Origin: Thermodesulfobacteriota bacterium
GTDB taxonomy: Bacteria; Desulfobacterota; GWC2-55-46; JADFVP01
DNA length: 46,657 nt
NCBI GenBank assembly: GCA_046753945.1
Contig: JBHHUW010000002.1
Location: forward strand, 1 to 46,657
Direction of reading: 5' to 3'
The notes beneath the pieces were generated by a model that saw only the letters and a program-made list of their open reading frames with translations, ran no database searches and was not told the DNA's origin. Positions 43,381 to 46,657 of this stretch are shown piece by piece. A program made the translations under genes and the position numbers. Each line of letters begins with the position of its first letter. Within the stretch, counting starts at the first letter, position 1.

Positions 43381-45474
43381 ATGAACTTCAGTTCGTTAAA
43401 GACAAGATTTTCCATTAGTTTTCTCGTTCTTCTGCTTTTTTTCCTTGTGCAGATACCAATAGTGTATTCGCTCGTGGGCTCCATGGGTAGGAATCTTCAG
43501 CAGATAGATGTAGCCGGGGGCCTCAGAAAGAGGGTAGTGGAGATAAGCTACGTGCTTACGCGTCACATCCTTACAAATGATGAGTCCCTTGACCCGGTCT
43601 TTTACTCCAAGAAGAAGGATTTTGAGGCCACTCTCACAGGTCTCAGGGAGGGCGCCGAGGGCATACCTGCCGTAACAGACCCATCGGCCCTTATTCAGCT
43701 TAAAGAGGTGGAGAAAAAATGGAAGACCATGAACGCCTCCTTTAATAAGAACATGGAGTACGGTGACGGCCTGACAGCCAATCTAACCGAGTTGAACGCC
43801 GAGGTGCCTGTAATGATAGGCAAACTCAACAAGGCCATAAAGGCCTTTGTTAAACTCAACGACTCCTCATATGGCCGGAGCATCAACCTCGCCGGCCTTC
43901 AGCGTATGAGGACGGTAAAGCTGGGATATCTTACACAGCGTTACTTCTCTTCCTTTGATGAGGCCCAGAAGGCCGAGCTCGAAGGGGCCATAAATAAAAC
44001 TATCAACAACTTCGAGGAGACCCTTATGGGGCTGGAATTCGGCTCAGTTGCGCTGGGGCTGAAAAAACCGGTTCCCGGAGAAGTAATAGCCGCTATCGGG
44101 CCTGTGAAGGAGCTATGGAAGGTAAGAAAGGCTACCATACACGAGACCTTAAGCCTGAAAGACCACTTTGATAATGATATGCGCTCTATTGCCAATGAGC
44201 ATACCCCTTCTGTGGTTCAGGCCGCCACTCTCCTTAATGAAAAGATATATAGCTCAGCCACGGCCAGGGCAAGACAGGTGCTTTATCTCATGATAGCCAT
44301 GGTCTGCGTATCGGCGGGACTTGTAGTCTTCTTCCTCTACAGGACGAGCCGCAAGGTAATAGCTCCCATACAGAGGGTAGAGGAGATGGTTAAAAAGTTC
44401 GCCAAGGGCGACCTTACGGGCAGGGTCTCAGTGAATTCAGGCGCCACGGAGAGTTATTCCGGTGATGAGGTGACGAGCCTCAGTATAAGCATAAACGCCA
44501 TGGCTGATTCCATGTCCGATATAGTGGGCAGAATAGGCAGCTCTTCGTCAAGCCTTGGCACCTCATCAAGCGAGCTCGACTCGTCGTCATCCAATATGAG
44601 CGACGGCGTAAACGCCCAGTCCGCACAGGCAGCGCAGGTAGCCACGGCCATGGAGGAGATGAACGCCGCTGTAATAGAGGTGGCGAGAAACTCTCACAGC
44701 GCCACGGAAGCCGCCCGCGGGGCGCGCGACATCGCCTCAAAGGGAGGCGACGTCGTAGGTCAGGCCATAAATGCCATGAAAGAGGTGGCTGAATCCACTG
44801 GCGTTACGGGAACTACAATCAAGAACCTTGGGAAGAGCTCCGAGGAGATAGGCACCATCATATCCGTAATCAACGACATAGCGGACCAGACAAACCTCTT
44901 GGCCCTTAACGCGGCCATTGAGGCGGCAAGGGCCGGGGAGCAGGGCAGGGGCTTTGCCGTGGTGGCCGATGAGGTAAGAAAACTCGCCGAGCGCACTACA
45001 AAGGCCACTAAAGAGATAGGCGAGATGATTAATACCATTCAGGACGAGACCACCCGCGCCGTTGACGCCATGGACGAGGGCACCAACAAGGTGGAGAACG
45101 GCGTAAAACTGGCCAATGAGGCCGGTGACGCCCTCTCACAGATAGTCACGGGCGTTGAGGACGTAAACGATATGATAAGCCAGATTGCCACGGCCGCCGA
45201 GGAGCAGAGCGCCACGGCCGAGGAGATTGCCCGCAGCATGGAGAATATCACCGAGGCCTCTCAGACCAATGTGGACGCCATAACGGATGTATCCGGAGCG
45301 GCAGGGAGGGTCTCCGAGATAGCCACTGAGCTCCATGTGCTTGTAGACAGGTTCGTCTTGACGGGCCGGAACCTGGAGGACACCCCCGAGCTCAAGCTCA
45401 TTCAGGGCAAGGGCGGCAAGACAGAGGAGCAGGCTGATTCGGGCGAGGACTTTATCCACGCAGCCGAGGGCTGA
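43381..45474 (+). CDS. Methyl-accepting chemotaxis protein (two TM segments, roughly 270-aa periplasmic sensor, HAMP, signalling domain)
   Basis: TM1 is [20 protein letters not shown] and TM2 is [20 protein letters not shown]. Conserved hairpin tip is [40 protein letters not shown]. Confidence 0.94.
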   Translation: MNFSSLKTRFSISFLVLLLFFLVQIPIVYSLVGSMGRNLQQIDVAGGLRKRVVEISYVLTRHILTNDESLDPVFYSKKKDFEATLTGLREGAEGIPAVTDPSALIQLKEVEKKWKTMNASFNKNMEYGDGLTANLTELNAEVPVMIGKLNKAIKAFVKLNDSSYGRSINLAGLQRMRTVKLGYLTQRYFSSFDEAQKAELEGAINKTINNFEETLMGLEFGSVALGLKKPVPGEVIAAIGPVKELWKVRKATIHETLSLKDHFDNDMRSIANEHTPSVVQAATLLNEKIYSSATARARQVLYLMIAMVCVSAGLVVFFLYRTSRKVIAPIQRVEEMVKKFAKGDLTGRVSVNSGATESYSGDEVTSLSISINAMADSMSDIVGRIGSSSSSLGTSSSELDSSSSNMSDGVNAQSAQAAQVATAMEEMNAAVIEVARNSHSATEAARGARDIASKGGDVVGQAINAMKEVAESTGVTGTTIKNLGKSSEEIGTIISVINDIADQTNLLALNAAIEAARAGEQGRGFAVVADEVRKLAERTTKATKEIGEMINTIQDETTRAVDAMDEGTNKVENGVKLANEAGDALSQIVTGVEDVNDMISQIATAAEEQSATAEEIARSMENITEASQTNVDAITDVSGAAGRVSEIATELHVLVDRFVLTGRNLEDTPELKLIQGKGGKTEEQADSGEDFIHAAEG

Positions 45475-45533
45475 TGAGGCGCTGGTGAGCGCGGCGTCAA
45501 TCATAGCTCAGTACATATACCAGTAGTGATGCA

Positions 45534-45574
45534 GGGGGTGTCCTTTAAGAGAGGGACGCCTCCTGTTTTTTTTT
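45534..45574 (+). terminator. Rho-independent terminator after the MCP gene
   Basis: GGGGGTGTCC-loop-GGGACGCCTCC stem including 2 G:U pairs (45534-45563), then TG and T9 (45566-45574). Confidence 0.8.
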
Positions 45575-45633
45575 GAAGGTGCAGAAGGCCTTATCTTGAT
45601 TATGCCTCTGGGTCTGAAATTTACTGAAAAAAG

Positions 45634-45649
45634 AGGCATGGTTCTTGCA
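45634..45649 (+). promoter_or_regulatory. Sigma-54 promoter (AGGCATGGTTCTTGCA)
   Basis: GG at 45635-45636 and TTGCA at 45645-45649 give exact GG-N10-GC spacing. Sits 26 nt upstream of an RBS-preceded ATG at 45675 and directly after a terminator. Confidence 0.75.
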
Positions 45650-45674
45650 GTCTAAATACAGTGAGGGAAGTCTT

Positions 45675-45863
45675 ATGGCCGATGATAATGGAATTCGTAT
45701 CCCTGGTACGGCCCCTCCTCTGGTGCCGGTAAGGCCGCTTCGGCCAGTGGACAAAAAACGTCCCGCTAATGAGAATAAAAAAAAGAAAGACGAGAAAAAA
45801 AAGGGCTCCAATAAAGACGGCAAAGGCGGGAAGGATGATAACAGACTCGATATCATGGCATGA
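45675..45863 (+). CDS. Small (62 aa) Pro- and Lys-rich hypothetical protein
   Basis: ATG at 45675 is preceded by GAGGGAAG. Sequence is MADDNGIRIPGTAPPLVPVRPLRPVDKKRPANENKKKKDEKKKGSNKDGKGGKDDNRLDIMA. The ORF-track TTG start at 45645 lies inside the promoter element, so I reject it. Low-complexity sequence, so coding status is uncertain. Confidence 0.45.
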   Translation: MADDNGIRIPGTAPPLVPVRPLRPVDKKRPANENKKKKDEKKKGSNKDGKGGKDDNRLDIMA

Positions 45864-45896
45864 GGCGGGCATGAGGCCGCCCTTGAAGGAGACGGC

Positions 45897-46298
45897 ATGG
45901 ACAGCTCTATACTGCTGGCAGTAGACGTTCTTTTAACAGCCTCCATACTCTATCTTCTCTTTCTTATTAAGGGGCAGAGCCGCGCAGCCGCTCCTGTAGA
46001 CAAGAAGGCCCTCCATGAGGCGGAGATGACCCTTCGAAGCAGTATCGAGGGCCTTAATGGAAGAGAAAAGGACCTGTCTTTAAGACAGGAGAGGCTTAAA
46101 GATATTATCGCGAGGCTGGACGAGGCCCTTGCTGATATACAGACTGCCCCGTCTTCTGATGCAGACGACGAAGGCGCCTACAGCGCGGCGCGTAATCTCC
46201 TCAAAACCGGTGAGCCAATTGAGAATGTCGTTAAGATATGCAACCTTACAAAGGGCGAGGCCGATGTGCTTAGCTCTATAACCGCCATGGCTTCGTAA
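45897..46298 (+). CDS. Membrane-anchored coiled-coil protein with a DUF2802-like C-terminal helix-turn-helix (flagellar-cluster associated)
   Basis: N-terminal TM is LLAVDVLLTASILYLLFLI. The coiled-coil middle is followed by C-terminal YSAARNLLKTGEPIENVVKICNLTKGEADVLSSI. This resembles the DUF2802 motif found next to cheW in other flagellar loci, recalled from memory and not searched. Confidence 0.55.
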   Translation: MDSSILLAVDVLLTASILYLLFLIKGQSRAAAPVDKKALHEAEMTLRSSIEGLNGREKDLSLRQERLKDIIARLDEALADIQTAPSSDADDEGAYSAARNLLKTGEPIENVVKICNLTKGEADVLSSITAMAS

Positions 46299-46394
46299 GT
46301 TTCTTTAAGTCTTTTCCCTTATTACCTCATGAGATAGTGATACATATCAGCTTGATCCCGCCCCCCCCTGCCGCCTCAAAACCACTTCATAACA

Positions 46395-46423
46395 GGGCCG
46401 TCCCGTTTTTTCAGGGACGGCCC
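46395..46423. other. Perfect 10-bp hairpin with a T-rich loop
   Basis: GGGCCGTCCC-GTTTTTTCA-GGGACGGCCC. There is no flanking U-tract on either strand, so terminator function is unproven. Confidence 0.4.
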
Positions 46424-46657
46424 TCCCGCGTTAAAGGCATGCACAGTTTTTTGTGACCTTGTCAATATTCTGGCACAGCTTCTTGTGCGCAGTTGTCTAC
46501 CTGCTCGCCGGGGTCTGTGGAGGAGGGCTGCCATAAAAAACGTAAGTAAGAAGGTAAAAAAAGGCCTAAAGGGCAAAAAATGCCCTCTATAAAGCCAGGG
46601 AGCAGGTACTTCAGCACTGTGTTTACAGTATGTAAGACTTAAGAATCCTGCCTTATC

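Noticed and set aside
46471-46488. TGGCACAGCTTCTTGTGC at the 3' edge of the window could be a fifth sigma-54 promoter.
   Set aside because: The -24 half is excellent, but the -12 region reads CTTGT with spacing off by one, and the nearest GC is at +3. The downstream gene is outside the window, so the call cannot be supported.

Overview
The window is almost entirely one flagellar and chemotaxis supercluster on the + strand. Its gene order closely matches the Bacillus-type fla/che arrangement: flgBC-fliEFGHIJ-ylxF-like-fliK-flgDE-fliLMNOPQR-flhBAFG-fliA. This is followed by a HEAT-repeat gene, cheR, two cheY-type genes, cheA, cheB and motAB.

Upstream sits a regulatory module: a sigma-54 enhancer-binding response regulator, a secreted AMIN+TPR protein, a soluble histidine kinase and a second sigma-54 response regulator. 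Downstream, on the - strand, are an HDOD protein and a 1089-aa multi-sensor HD-GYP protein, a presumptive c-di-GMP module. Then come cheW, an MCP, a tiny Lys-rich ORF and a protein that resembles DUF2802 from memory.

I read four near-consensus sigma-54 promoters (GG-N10-GC) at 6676, 14341, 18743 and 45634. I also read two divergent sigma-28-like promoters between the HD-GYP gene and cheW, and three clear intrinsic terminators.

I found no mobile elements, CRISPR arrays, tRNA or rRNA genes, or recognisable defence genes.

The most unusual signal is non-coding. Five unusually long untranslated gaps within the flagellar gene string, plus the region just after motB, are strongly G-rich and C-depleted on the sense strand. 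Each has its own internal short repeats, and five of the six contain G-quadruplex-type tract patterns, canonical in three (loops up to 7 nt) and relaxed in two (loops of 8-9 nt). A separate 16-17 bp tandem array lies at the 5' edge of the window.

All calls come from reading the sequence and remembered family motifs. No database search was run. The taxon is not assigned; the sigma-54-driven fla/che layout is compatible with Nitrospirota or delta-type lineages, but that is a guess.
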